From the NCBI RefSeq assembly GCF_006345805.1, contig NC_043020.1, positions 7,316,001 to 7,380,000 on the forward strand: a DNA stretch of 64,000 nt, read 5' to 3'. The notes beneath the pieces were generated by a model. That model was given only the letters and a program-made list of their open reading frames with translations. It had not been told where the DNA came from and made no database searches. A program made the position numbers and the translations under genes. Source of the stretch: Octopus sinensis (lineage: Eukaryota). The first letter of the stretch is position 1; every line of letters begins with the position of its first letter. This document shows positions 38,360-49,967 of this stretch, one piece after another.

Positions 38360-38557
38360 CAGTCATCGTAATGGTTATTGACGTTGTCTTTATCCTTGTA
38401 AAGAAGGGAATCGGCAGAGAGGGTGATTCGAGAAGGGTTCATCTTTGTAGGTGGGGTCCTTACTATGGAAGCTCCAAGGGTCCAGAGCCGAATGGATGAG
38501 TCCTCAAAACCTCCCGCCACATACTTCCGATCGTCTGAGACAGATGCACAGGAGAGA
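38360..38557 (-). CDS. TAF5L: TAF5L coding exon 8 (WD40)
   Basis: (S)LSCASVSDDRKYVAGGFEDSSIRLWTL...SRITLSADSLLYKDKDNVNNHYDD; ctccag acceptor after a long CT tract, GTGAGT donor; phase 2 to 2. Confidence 0.92.
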
Positions 38558-38559
38558 CT

Positions 38560-38910
38560 GGAGGAGAGAGAGATGAAAGAGAGGGGGAGATGAGAGAGAG
38601 AGAGAGATGAGAGAGAGAGAAAAGAGATAAAGAGATGAGAGAGAGTGAGGTAAGACAGAGGATAGAGACAAAGAGAGAGAGAGAGGAAGTAGATGAGAGA
38701 GAGTGAGGTAGGACAGAGAAGGATAGACAAAAAGAGAAAGACGGGGGAGAGAGAGAGAGAAAGATAAAGAGATGAGAGAGAGTGAGGGGGAGATGAGAGA
38801 GAGTGAGGTAAGACAGAGAAGGAGAGAGACAAAAAAAGAGAAAGTCGAGAAAGACGGGGGGAGAGAGAGAGAGAGATAAAGAGATGAGAGAGAGAGAGAG
38901 AGAGAATGAA
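38560..38910. repeat. GA-rich compound repeat (a CT tract on the gene strand, before the exon-8 acceptor)
   Basis: Directly visible; a pure (GA)n tract also occurs at 36650-36744. Confidence 0.95.
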
Positions 38911-39454
38911 GTAAGAGGATATGTGTGTATGTGTATATGAGTATAGGGTGTATGTGTTTGTGTGTGTACATGTGTGAGTATCAGTGTGTATGCATGTGGG
39001 TGTGTATATCAATGTGTATATCAAGTTGTAAGTATATCTGTGTATGCATATGAGTGTGTATACCTATTTCTTTATTACCCACAAGGGGCTAAACACAGAG
39101 GGGACAAACAAGGACAGACATAGGTATTAAGTCGATTACATCAACCCCAGTGCGTAACTGGTACTTAATTTATCGATCCCGAAAGGATGAAAGGCAAAGT
39201 CGACCTCGGCGGAATTCGAACTCACAACGTAACGCAGACGAAATACCGCTAAGCATTTCGCCCGACGTGCTAACGTTTCTGCCAGCTCGCCGCCTTAGTG
39301 AGTGTGTATATCAATGTCTAAGTTGTAAGTATATCTGTGTATGTGTGTGAGTGTGCATGTGTATGTGATTGCATATTTGTGCGTGTGTGTGTGTGTGGAT
39401 ATGAGCATGAGAATATATGAATAGTCTGATGTGAGAGTGAATGAAGTTTAGAGT

Positions 39455-40050
39455 GCAAGTGTTTACTTGAGTGTGAGTGCAAGTTATTTGAGTGAGTGCA
39501 ATTTTTTTTTACTTGGTGTAAATGCAAGTGTTTACTTGAGTGCGAATGCAAGTATGTTTACTTGAGTGTGAGGGCAAATGTTTATTTGGTGTGAGAGCAA
39601 ATGTTTACTTGAGTGTGAGTGCAAGTGTTTACTTGAGTGTGAGTGCAAGTGTTTACTTGGTGTGAATGCAAGTGTTTACTTGAGTGTGAGTGCAAGTGTT
39701 TACTTGAGTGTGAGTGCAAGTGTTTACTTGGTGTGAATGCAAGTGTTTACTTGAGCATGAAAGCAAGTGTTTATCTGGTATGAGTGCAAGTGTTTACTTA
39801 AGTGAGTGTAAGTGTTTACTTGCATTTGAGTGCAAGTGTTTACTTGAGTGTTAGTGCAAGTGTTTACTTGAGTGTTAGTGCAAGTGTTTACTTAAGTGAG
39901 TGCAAATGTTTACTTGCATGTGAGTGCAAGTGTTTACTTGAGTGTTGGTGCAAGTTTTTACTCGTGTGCGAATGCAAGTGTTTACTTAAGTGAGTGCAAG
40001 TGTTTACTTGAGTGTGAGTGCAAGTATTTACTTGAGTGTGAGTGCAAGTG
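39455..40050. repeat. 24-bp minisatellite (TGAGTGTGAGTGCAAGTGTTTACT)n in TAF5L intron 7
   Basis: Roughly 20 or more diverged units starting about 30 nt past the exon-7 donor. Confidence 0.9.
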
Positions 40051-40080
40051 AGCCATGTATGACCATGCAGCAAGGGTTAC

Positions 40081-40315
40081 CTGTGATGAGCTGTGGCAAT
40101 CGCTAGAAAACATATGGAAGGCAGGCATGGCGGTAAGACTTGTAGGCTCTTTATACACTCCAGTAGCATCTCTTTAGTGACTTGGTCAGTGGCTGGACTC
40201 TTGTCCGCATTAGCACTGGTCAATGCTGGCAGGTGAGGGTCAGCTGACTTGCAGTTGATTTCCGACTGCAGATTTTGTGGCTTGCATTCAAACACTGGAC
40301 ATTTATCGCCTTTCA
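40081..40315 (-). CDS. TAF5L: TAF5L coding exon 7 (linker to first WD40)
   Basis: (V)KGDKCPVFECK...LECIKSLQVLPPCLPSICFLAIATAHH; ttgcag acceptor, GTAACC donor; phase 1 to 2. Confidence 0.88.
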
Positions 40316-41222
40316 CTGCAAATATAATCACAACGATGATAATGATGATGATGATGATGATGGGTTCAAATTTTGGCACTGAGCCAAGGGCAGGGGTTAA
40401 TCAATTACCTCAACCCCTGTACTTGACTGATGCATTATTCTGTTGACCCTGGAAGGATGAAAGACAAAGGCAACCATGGCAGAATTTGAACTCAAAGCAG
40501 AAACAGGCAGAAGAAATACCGCTAAACATTTTGTCTGGTGCACTAATGATTCTGCTGTCTTGCTGCCTTGGTGATGATGATGCTGTTGATGATGATGATC
40601 CTTTGTAATATAGGCACAAGGGCTGAAATTTTGGTGGGAAGGAGTTAGTTACATTGGCACCAGTACCCAGCAGAAAAGATAAAAGGATGAAATGGTTATT
40701 ACTGAGCTGGTAAAATTGGTAGAGCACAGGGTGAAATGCTTAGCAGTATTTTGTCTGTTGCTACATTCTGAGTTCAAATTCTACCAAGGTCAACTTTGCC
40801 TTTCATCCTTTCGGGGATCTATGTAATCGACTCCTCTCCTCCCGCTAAATGGCTGCCTTTGTAGCAAAATTTGAAATCATCATCATCATCATTATTATTA
40901 TTATTATTATTAAAAAACCATGCCCAGGGCTGCATATACCTGTGCAGATGAATGTTTAACCATGGGTCACAGCTGGAATTACTCTCATCTCATTATAGGT
41001 CTACCTAATGAGGTTGACCTGGGGCTAAATGACAAGGGAAAACGTATTTGATAAGGCAGTGTTAGGTGGACTTGGAATAAAACTGGATCATCACAGAGCT
41101 GGAATATTACTGATAGACCCAGGTCTGTCCCAGGGCTGAACAATACCAAGAAGGAAATATAAGAACTTGACTAAAAAAACGGCAAAAGAGAAATGCAAAT
41201 AATAAAAATAAACATTGTTTAC

Positions 41223-41277
41223 CTTCGACTTTTAGATGTTTATTAAATATCTGTAACATGATCATGTTGTCGTCAGC
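41223..41277 (-). CDS. TAF5L: TAF5L coding exon 6
   Basis: ADDNMIMLQIFNKHLKVE; ttacag acceptor, GTAAAC donor; phase 0 to 1. Confidence 0.85.
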
Positions 41278-41897
41278 CTGTAATTAGAGAAAGATGTAGA
41301 GGACATGAGTAGATCTGAAGGGTTTACCATGCAACCATAACAGCAATGAGTACATGAACAAAGAAAAGGGGGAAGAGGGAGGGGCCTTGACCTCACCTGT
41401 GCTGGTGCCATGTAACAAGCACTCAGACCACTCTGCTGGGTGATTGGTGTTAGGAAGGGCATCCAGCTGTAAAAACCTTACCAAGACAGACACAGAAGTC
41501 TGGTGCAGGCTTGTCTGACCAGCTCCTGTCAAACCGTCCAACCCATGGAAAGTGAACATTAAACGATGATGATGATAATACTGTACTAAATTCTGGTGCC
41601 TCAACTGAAGTACCTAATCCATCTGAATCTAAATTTATACATATATATATACACACACACAAACATACATGTGCTGTGCCACTTAAAAAGCACCCATGCC
41701 AGTGCCACAAGAAAAGCACCCAGTAGACTCTGTAAAGTGGTTGGCATTAGGAAGGGCACTCAGCCACAGAATCCATGTTAAATCAGACAACTGGAGCCAG
41801 GGTGGCTCTCCAACTGGCCACTCCCTGTCCAACCAATGCCAGCATGGAAAATGGACATAAAATGATGATGATATATATATATATATATATATATATA

Positions 41898-42147
41898 TCA
41901 ACAATCAAGGAACGGCCATAATAGGCCATTCACCCACTAGAAATAACAGCCAAAGCTTCAACCGCAAATAAAAATCAATTCCGCAAACCAGGAGAAAATT
42001 TAAAAAACATTTACCCTGTAATTTCTTATACGATGATTGTTGATGTTGAACTTAAAAATAGTCTTTGACTATTTAATTTTTTCCCACTAGGCCGCTGGTG
42101 GCAAAAAAATTCTACAAAATTTTTGTGCCACCCTATATTGATTAATT
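41898..42147. mobile_element. Second, shorter copy of the 488-bp-unit element (A followed by D')
   Basis: About 90% similar by eye to 9232-9368 and 10128-10238; same outer ends; embedded in (TA)n. Confidence 0.8.
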
Positions 42148-42410
42148 ATATATATATATATATATTGTTATATTTTGGAATGGTCATTTTGCCAGTTTAG
42201 CCAATAAAAACACACGCACTATATATTTGGTGTTACTTTGCTTCAGTGTTATTTATTTTTTACATTAATCTTAATCTTATTTCGGCCAGAGTTCTTTTGT
42301 CACACTCCTGTGACCGCATCAGTGGTCCTTTGTTTTCTTCTTACTTATTTGTGTCTCTCCTTACTAACCGTCAACCATAAAAAATCTTGCACAACAAATA
42401 TTTAAACGTG

Positions 42411-42442
<32 letters not shown>

Positions 42443-43271
42443 TATAATTCTTAGTAAATGTGACTAGGGTGTCAAGAAGCACCTACATTGCTAGAAATAA
42501 GAACTAAAGCGTTCTAACGCTGTAGTTAACGCACATGAATGAAAACATATACACTAACAGGGACCATAATTGTCTGAAAAATGCCGACTGAGAATTCTTA
42601 AGACAAACAACAGTTTCAGCAATTTCCAGTGTCATCATCAGTGTTCAGCTATTTCCAGACCTGTTTCTCTATTTAGTGACAATCATAATTTCCCCTTTTT
42701 GATGAAACATTGCAACTTGCTGTTAATATTAATTTTACTCACAGACACACAGAAAGAGAGAAATAGTGATGGGAAGGATGCCAGCTGGGAAAAACACTTG
42801 TTCTATTAATATTCAGAATTTCTCAAACAACTCTCTGGCATGTAAGAATTATGTAAAATACTTAAGCGCTAACAGTTTACATGGAAATGGAAATAAATAA
42901 CCAACCGTACCAATATAGAATAAAAAAAAATAAAATAACTAGAGGTGAAGAAAACTAGAAACAAGATTCTTGTCAGGAAGCAAAAATCTGTTAAAATTTG
43001 CGAAACCAATTAAGCTTGTTTGACACGAAGTGAATTGTTACGAATCAGCTGGGGTCTTTTATTAGAAAAGAGAGGAAGTTAAGGACCCTGTCTGTAATGT
43101 TAGAATTCATTTTACATCATTCAATACTAAATTACCAATATTTGCAAATGTTATTGAAATATCTTTTTGTCTTTTACTTGTTTCAGCCATTATTAGAATA
43201 TTTTTTTAACGAATAAAAAGTGGAACTTGCTTTAGTTTCTTGTTTTTTTGTTCTTTTTTTCTTTTGCTTAC

Positions 43272-43335
43272 CTTTAAAAACCGGACCAAATAATCAAATG
43301 TGTCCTGAGTGAAGGCTAACGAGTATTTGTGATCC
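43272..43335 (-). CDS. TAF5L: TAF5L coding exon 5
   Basis: (R)DHKYSLAFTQDTFDYLVRFLK; cttcacag acceptor, GTAAGC donor; phase 2 to 0. Confidence 0.85.
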
Positions 43336-43419
43336 CTGTGAAGAAAAGATTTCAAAAAAACCCATGTAAGAATATTTATACTTCAGTTTTCAACGCACAA
43401 CACAATATATGCAAATATA

Positions 43420-43819
43420 CATGGTGGGCTAAAAATCACACAGCAAAACGTTTTATTTATATTGTGTTATTATTACAATTATTCATTTTGTTCATCTTGT
43501 ACAAGTATGTATACATTCACCTTTATTTCATTTGTTTAACCCTTTCGTTACTGTATTTATTTTGAGATGCTCTGTGTTTCTTTCAATTAATTTTAAAATA
43601 TAACAAAGAATTTAATAAAATAACTTAGTTATCATTCAGCTAGTGTTAGGAACATAAATTGTGACTAAGGATTGGTGGAAGATTTTAACTCAGAACTTAT
43701 GAAAACAAGACATTTGTACTACAGAACCAGAGCTGGTAACAAAAGGCTTAATTCAATTTTAGGAAAATTGAAGCATGTCTTTGACAATTCCATTTAGGAG
43801 TGACTTTTGGACCACCTTG
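43420..43819. mobile_element. Tc1/mariner-like MITE with a nested piggyBac-like MITE (43540-43747)
   Basis: Outer TIRs match 16/20 with TA flanks. The inner element has TTAA on both sides (43536-39, 43748-51) and CCCTTTCGTTAC / GTAACAAAAGGC ends. Confidence 0.55.
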
Positions 43820-44820
43820 TATGTGTATGTGTGTATTCTTTACTCTTACTTGTTTCAGTCTTTTGACTACGGTCATGCTGGAGTACCACCTTAAAGGGTT
43901 TTTAGTGGAAGAAATCAACACCAGGACTTATTCTCTGTAAGCTTAATACTTATTCTATTGGTCTCTTCTGCTGAACCACTAAGTCATGGCAATGTAAACA
44001 GACCAGCATTAGTTGTCAAACAATGGTTGAAGGGACAAACACTGAGAAAACACACAAATATAAAATGGGCTTCTTTCAGTTTCTATCTCCCAAATCCACT
44101 CACAAGGCTTTGGTCAGCCCGAGGCTATAGTAAAAGACATTTGCCCAAGGTGCCACATAGCAGGACTGAACCCGAAACCATGTGGTTGGTAATTCACTCC
44201 AGAATTGTCAAAGACATGCTTTAATTTTCCTAAAATTGAATTAAGCTTTTCGTTACCAACCCGGCTGAAACCGGCTCTGTCCCTGAATATAGATATAGGT
44301 TAATTTCAGCTGATATCAGTGGGATTTGAACTCAAAACTTAAAAAGCCAAAAGAAATGCTGCTAAGCATTTTGTTTGATGCACTCACAAACAACAATAAT
44401 GGTTACATGTTTTTGGCACAAGGCCAGCAATATTTTTTCTGGTGGAGGGTGCTGGTCAACTACATAAATCCTAGCACATGACTGGTTTCAAATTTTAGCA
44501 CAAAGCCAACAACACACACCACACACAATGGGCTTCCACACAGTTTCTGTCTACCAAATTCATTCACAAAGCATTGGTCAGCACAGGGCTACAGTAGAAG
44601 ACATTTGTTCATGGTGATGTTTGGTGGAACTGAACCCAGAACTTCATGGTAGCTGGGTTTGCTCTTGTGTCGATGGTGATGCTCACAGCCCTTTCAGTTT
44701 GCCAATCGGTCACCCCATTTAAATATTAACCAGGCTAGACATGACTTAACCCTTTAGCATTCACATTACTCTGTCAAATGTAATGTTTATTTATTCACAG
44801 TTTTCAACTAATCATTTATT

Positions 44821-45094
44821 TACATTATTTACATTTGACGGATATTTGTCCTCATCTTGTTTGTTGTTAGCACAATGTTTCGGCTGGTATACCCTCCAGC
44901 CTTCTTCAGGTGTCTTGGGGAAATTTTGAACCTGGGTTCTCATTCCTAAAGTATTTTTCGATGTTATTATTATTATTATTATTAGTAGTAGTAGTAGTAG
45001 TAGTAGTATTCAGGTCACTGCCTGGGCATATGGCGTAGTGGTTAGGAGCGCGGGCTACTAACTCCAAGATTCTGAGTTCAATTCCAGGCAGTGA

Positions 45095-45135
<41 letters not shown>

Positions 45136-45291
45136 TCGAAAAATACCTTAGGAATGAGAATCCAGGTTCAGAAAAATTTTCCCAAGACACCTGATGAAGA
45201 CATTGTGTTAGTAAACAAACAAGATGAGGACAAATATCTGTCAAATGCAAATAATGTACACAATTCCTCATCTCTTAAATATACAACTGTA
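44821..45291. mobile_element. Palindromic tRNA-head / hammerhead chimeric retro-insertion with 12-bp TSD
   Basis: Inverted arms about 44821-45025 and 45084-45258, plus a ~33-nt tail. Spacer has box A TGGCGTAGTGG and box B GAGTTCAATTCC. TSD TAATCATTTATT at 44809-20 and 45292-303. Hammerhead-like core at 44869-44916 (minus). Confidence 0.75.
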
Positions 45292-45550
45292 TAATCATTT
45301 ATTATCTTGTAGTGTTGCGACTTCAATGATGTGATTGTAAAATTTTAAAATGACATTGTAGGGTAGGTGTGAGAGGCAGGATCTGGCCAGTTTGAACAGA
45401 AAACAAATAGATTATTTGGGCCAGATTAAATGGACAGACAAGAAATGGCCCTTTTCCACAAGAAAACAAAACAAAAAAAATAAATAAATACAAAATAGAA
45501 GTAGCCAGAGATTGAAAAAACCACAATAAAAATATGATATAAAAACTTAC

Positions 45551-45680
45551 CTGAACTCTGCAACCAACTTGCATGTGAGAACATCTTCTCGGTTGTTCAG
45601 TTTAACCAAAGTATCCAAGATGTCTTGATTCTCGGAATCTTCACGGAAGAAAGTCACGTGACGGGCATGGAATTTGTGAG
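45551..45680 (-). CDS. TAF5L: TAF5L coding exon 4
   Basis: (A)HKFHARHVTFFREDSENQDILDTLVKLNNREDVLTCKLVAEF; ttgcag acceptor, GTAAGT donor; phase 1 to 2. Confidence 0.85.
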
Positions 45681-47552
45681 CTGCAAAAACAAAGTCACGG
45701 AAACAGAAATGTAACGACGGAAACTAATTAGAAAACGAGAAATAGGCACACAGCACCTCGTTAACCATTTTGTGAGGGACCGTTTCTCAACGGCGACCAA
45801 AACGTCCAATCCCACATGACGGAAACAAGTTCTGGTTAAGACATTAATTGTTACATCATCACCATTGTTTTAACAACCGCTTTTCCATATTCACACAGGC
45901 CAGATGTAATTTACTGAGGTAGGTTTTCTATGGCTGGATGCTCTTCCTGTCACCAACTCTCACCTGTTTCCAAGCAAGGTAATATTTCGTCCATGGCCAG
46001 ATGTGTTCTTGTAGAATACAGGAAATTAATGACAATGCTTCTATAACAATGGCAACTGTTTACAACTATCACATATTGTCAAGACAAGGAGACACAAACA
46101 CACACACAATTGTCGTTGTCATCATCATAGCTTTAGTGTCCACTTTTCTGTGCTTGCACAGGTCAGACGGAACTTACTGAACCAGATTTCCTACAGCTGG
46201 AAGCCCGTCTTGTTGCCAACCTTCACCTGTTTTCAAGCAAGGTAACATTTCTTCTCATAGCCAAGCATATTTTCATGAAAGATCAGAAACAAACGACACT
46301 GCTTATACGACAGTGACACTCCTTTACAACTATCACACACAGTGAAAACAATGAGATATCAACTCACTCACACACACATGCATAATGCTAACCTCTCCTT
46401 CCCCAGGGTTCTTAATCCTATGGACTGCACAACAATCTCAATAGAGCAGGTGGCATGACTAAAAGCACCTAATCCATGCTCTGAAGTGGTTGGCATTAGG
46501 AAGGGCATCCAGCATCCAGCAGTAGGGACCATGCCAAAGCAGACATTGGAGCATTGATGCAGTCCTTTGAGACACATCAAATTCTGTTAAACCATCCAAG
46601 CCGTGCCAGCATGGAACATGGATGTTAAATGATGACAAATATGACAGGCTTCTTTCAGTTTTCGTCTACCAAATCCACTCACAAGGCTTTGGTCGGCCTG
46701 AGGCTATAGTAGAATACACTTGCCCAAGGTGCCATGCAGTGGGACTGAACCTGGAACCATGTGGTTGGGAAGCAAGTTTCTTGTTTATGCATCAATTCTC
46801 TTTTACTTTAAGCATATATATACAGAGAGACATTTATACACGCACACACGATTTGAAGTAGTACACCCAGTGTCTACGAAAACATGTAACTAGTGACATC
46901 TACAATAGTATCATCATTTTGGAAAAGTAGCCATGGTCTAAGACTAAACCTGGAACCATGTGGTTGGTAAGCAAATTTCTTAACCATAAAACCATATCTA
47001 GACATCAGCGTCGTTTAACGTCCGCTTTCCATGCTAGCATGGGTTGGATGATTTGACTGAGGACTGGCGAACCAGATGGCTGCACCAGGCTCCAATCTTG
47101 ATTTGGCAGAGTTTCTACAGCTGGATGCCCTTCCTAATGCCAACCACTCCAAGGGTGTAGTGGGTGCTTTTACATGCCACCGGCACAGGGGCCAGTTAGG
47201 CGGTATTGGCAACGGTCACGAAAAATCGTGTTTTTTTTTTTAAATGAAAAAAACAGAAAATTTAAGCTATTCTTAAAATTTTCAACCAAAAAGATTAAAT
47301 CTAACAAAAGACAATTTCTATGGGGGTTTATGCTTTTACAAAAGTGTTTATCATTCAACTATAACTTACCAAAGCTTTTGTTTCTAAACCCACACATAAA
47401 ACTGAAGAATCATGCAGAAAATTATTTAATTTTTAGGAAATTAGTAATTTTGAATTGTTTGGGGTGAGTTATTTTCTTTGGAGGAGAAAGAGAGAGTGGA
47501 GAAGACGTGAGTTGAAGAAGAAGGCAAGAGAAATTGTTTTAAGATTTCTGAC

Positions 47553-47671
47553 CTGGACTTTTGTGACCATTGTAGAGCATCTCTAGGTAGACGTGTACAA
47601 ATATTGGGAAGAGCAGGATGTGTAGCTCTGTTCGGTACGGTTCTACTGCATCACAAATAAACTGTTTCAAT
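47553..47671 (-). CDS. TAF5L: TAF5L coding exon 3 (TAF5 NTD2 domain)
   Basis: (Q)LKQFICDAVEPYRTELHILLFPIFVHVYLEMLYNGHKSP; tttcag acceptor, GTCAGA donor; phase 2 to 1. Confidence 0.9.
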
Positions 47672-47730
47672 CTGAAAATATATAAACAAATATATATATG
47701 TGTGTATGTGTGTGTATATATAAATGTATA

Positions 47731-47891
47731 GAGGGAGAATTCACAAAAAAAAACCAAAAGACGAAGACAGGTGGTGTAGAAAATAAACAGATGTATTAGT
47801 ATAACGCTCGGGAATAGAAAAAGTCTTTTACGTTTCGAGCCTACGCTCTTCTACAGAAAGGAACACAGAAAAAACAAGGAGAAAAAAAAAT
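47731..47891 (-). mobile_element. 161-bp minimal-hammerhead-bearing insertion with 14-bp TSD
   Basis: TSD TATATAAATGTATA at 47717-30 and 47892-905. Minus strand CTTT CTGTAGA A GAGC gtag GCTC GAA ACGT A AAAG at 47825-47860. Confidence 0.7.
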
Positions 47892-48953
47892 TATATAAAT
47901 GTATATATAGACATTGATCTAAGTGATAAGTGAGTGGAGAATGAGAGAGAAAATGAGAGTGAGGGCAAGAGTAAGAGAGATGGATATAGTGAAAGAGAGA
48001 GAAATAAAGAGAGATAGGCAGTCAGAGAGAGAGAGAGATTTATATAGATAGATAAAGGAGTAGACAAACAGGCAGATAGACAGTAAGGGGTAAGTTGATT
48101 ACACTGATCCAAGAAAGGATGAAAGGCAAAGTCGACCTCAGCGGAATTTGAACTCAGAACATAAAGATAGACAAAATGCCACTAAGCATTTCCACTAAAG
48201 GCCCAGTGCCTGAAATTTTGGGGAGGGGAGTAGTCAATTACATCGAACCCATTGCATAACTGGTACTTAATTTATTGACCCTGCAAGGATGAAAGGCAAA
48301 ACTGACTTTGATGGAATTTGAACTCAAAACGTAATGACGGGTGAAATACTGCTAAGCATTTCATCCTATGTGCTAACAATTCTGCCAGCTCACCACCTTA
48401 ATAATAATAATAATCAGAAATATTGCATTTCTAAATCTCTCAGAGAGACTTATACAATATCAACACAATAGAGTGATGTTTCCTGGGGCTAAATAACAGT
48501 AGCATTCTTCCCTTTCCTGGGATTGCCACATTAAGTTGGCAACAAACCATCACTTTATCGTGCTGCTACTGTATAAATCTCTCTGAGAGATTTAGAAATG
48601 CAATATTTCTAATTTTGTAGATCAGTGAGTTTATTTCACTTGAAATCCTATAAGTTTTCAAAGGCGAATAAGCAAGCCACTTTTTTTTGTTGTTTTTTGG
48701 GAGGAGTTTAGCCAAAATTTTTTGCGAAGCCACCATTTTTGGGTGGTAGTGAAACAATTGGAAAAAAATGAAGATTTACTTACACACACACATGATGAAC
48801 TTTTTTCAGTTTCCGTCCACCAAATCCACTCACAAGGTTTTGGTCGGCCTGTGGCTATAATATAAGACACTTGCCCAAGGTGTCACAGTGGGACTGAACC
48901 CAGAAACCATGTGGTTGGTAAGCAAGCTACTTACCACACAACCACACCTGCAC

Positions 48954-48998
<45 letters not shown>

Positions 48999-49214
48999 CA
49001 ACAGGCTTCTTTCAGTTTCCATCAGCCAAATCCACTCACAAGGCTTTGATCGGCTCGAGGCTATAGTAGAAGACGCTTGCCCAAGGTGTCATGCAGTGGG
49101 ACTGAACCTGGAACCATGTGGTTGGCAAGCAAGCTACTTACCACACAGCCATCCCCGAGTGGTAAGAACGAAAGAAAAAGAACTGAAGGCAAAAAAACAG
49201 CAGTCTGTACTTAC

Positions 49215-49372
49215 TGCGAGAACTGATGGTCACATGCTGTTGCATCTCCTGTGATGCTACTGTAGGCTAGCACGTTGTTTATTGTCGAGAGATGGTGGAC
49301 ATTGTTCTGGGACACCAATTCAGAGGGTTCTTGGATGTATTGGTGATTCCTCTTACCTGGAATGGAGCTCTC
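49215..49372 (-). CDS. TAF5L: TAF5L coding exon 2
   Basis: tttcag|GAG acceptor; ESSIPGKRNHQYIQEPSELVSQNNVHHLSTINNVLAYSSITGDATACDHQFS; donor GTAAGT; phase 0 to 2. Confidence 0.82.
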
Positions 49373-49659
49373 CTGAAAATGAAAAACCAGAAACATCAGT
49401 TTTAACTTAAAGACTTTCCCTGAAAGGATGAAAGGCAAAGTTGACCTCAGCAGAATTTGAACTCAGAACGTAAAGACAGACAAAATATCACTAAGCCTTT
49501 CACCCAGCATGCTAACGTTTCTGCCCTTCACAGCCAGCAAATATCAATAGATCAACACACATCGAATTGTGACATGTATATTTCTACAGCAGATTTCTCT
49601 TTCTCACTCAATAGCGAATTTATTTCACTTTTGATTACATATATATATATATACTCATT

Positions 49660-49967
49660 ACAGATATAGGGTGAAAGATAATTAATTTAATAAAATCAAC
49701 AAATTTCACCTAGTAGTATTTCGGTATAGAAAAGGACCATATTCGGTAAAAACTTATATAATTATAACAATAAGGGTTTTGCAACAAGTTGCTCGACCAC
49801 ATACCAAAAATTTTAGAAATAGCAGCCAAAGGACTACTATTTCCTTTTTCTACAAAAATATGCCTTTTTGTAGAAAAAGGAAATAGTAGTCCTTTGGCTG
49901 CTATTTCTAAATTTTTGGTATGTGGTCGAGCAACTTGTTGCAAAACCCTTATTGTTATAATTATATA
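49660..49967. mobile_element. Fold-back insertion: ~104-bp near-perfect hairpin plus ~95-bp tail
   Basis: Arms 49755-49858 and 49865-49967, 6-nt loop TATGCC, one 1-nt indel seen. The tail ends CACCCTATAT on the minus strand, like block D'. Confidence 0.8.

Noticed and set aside
49351-49372. Strong internal donor CAG|GTAAGA 16 nt into TAF5L exon 2
   Set aside because: Its use would shift the frame relative to exon 3, and the downstream exon sequence aligns with TAF5L; there is no evidence of use.
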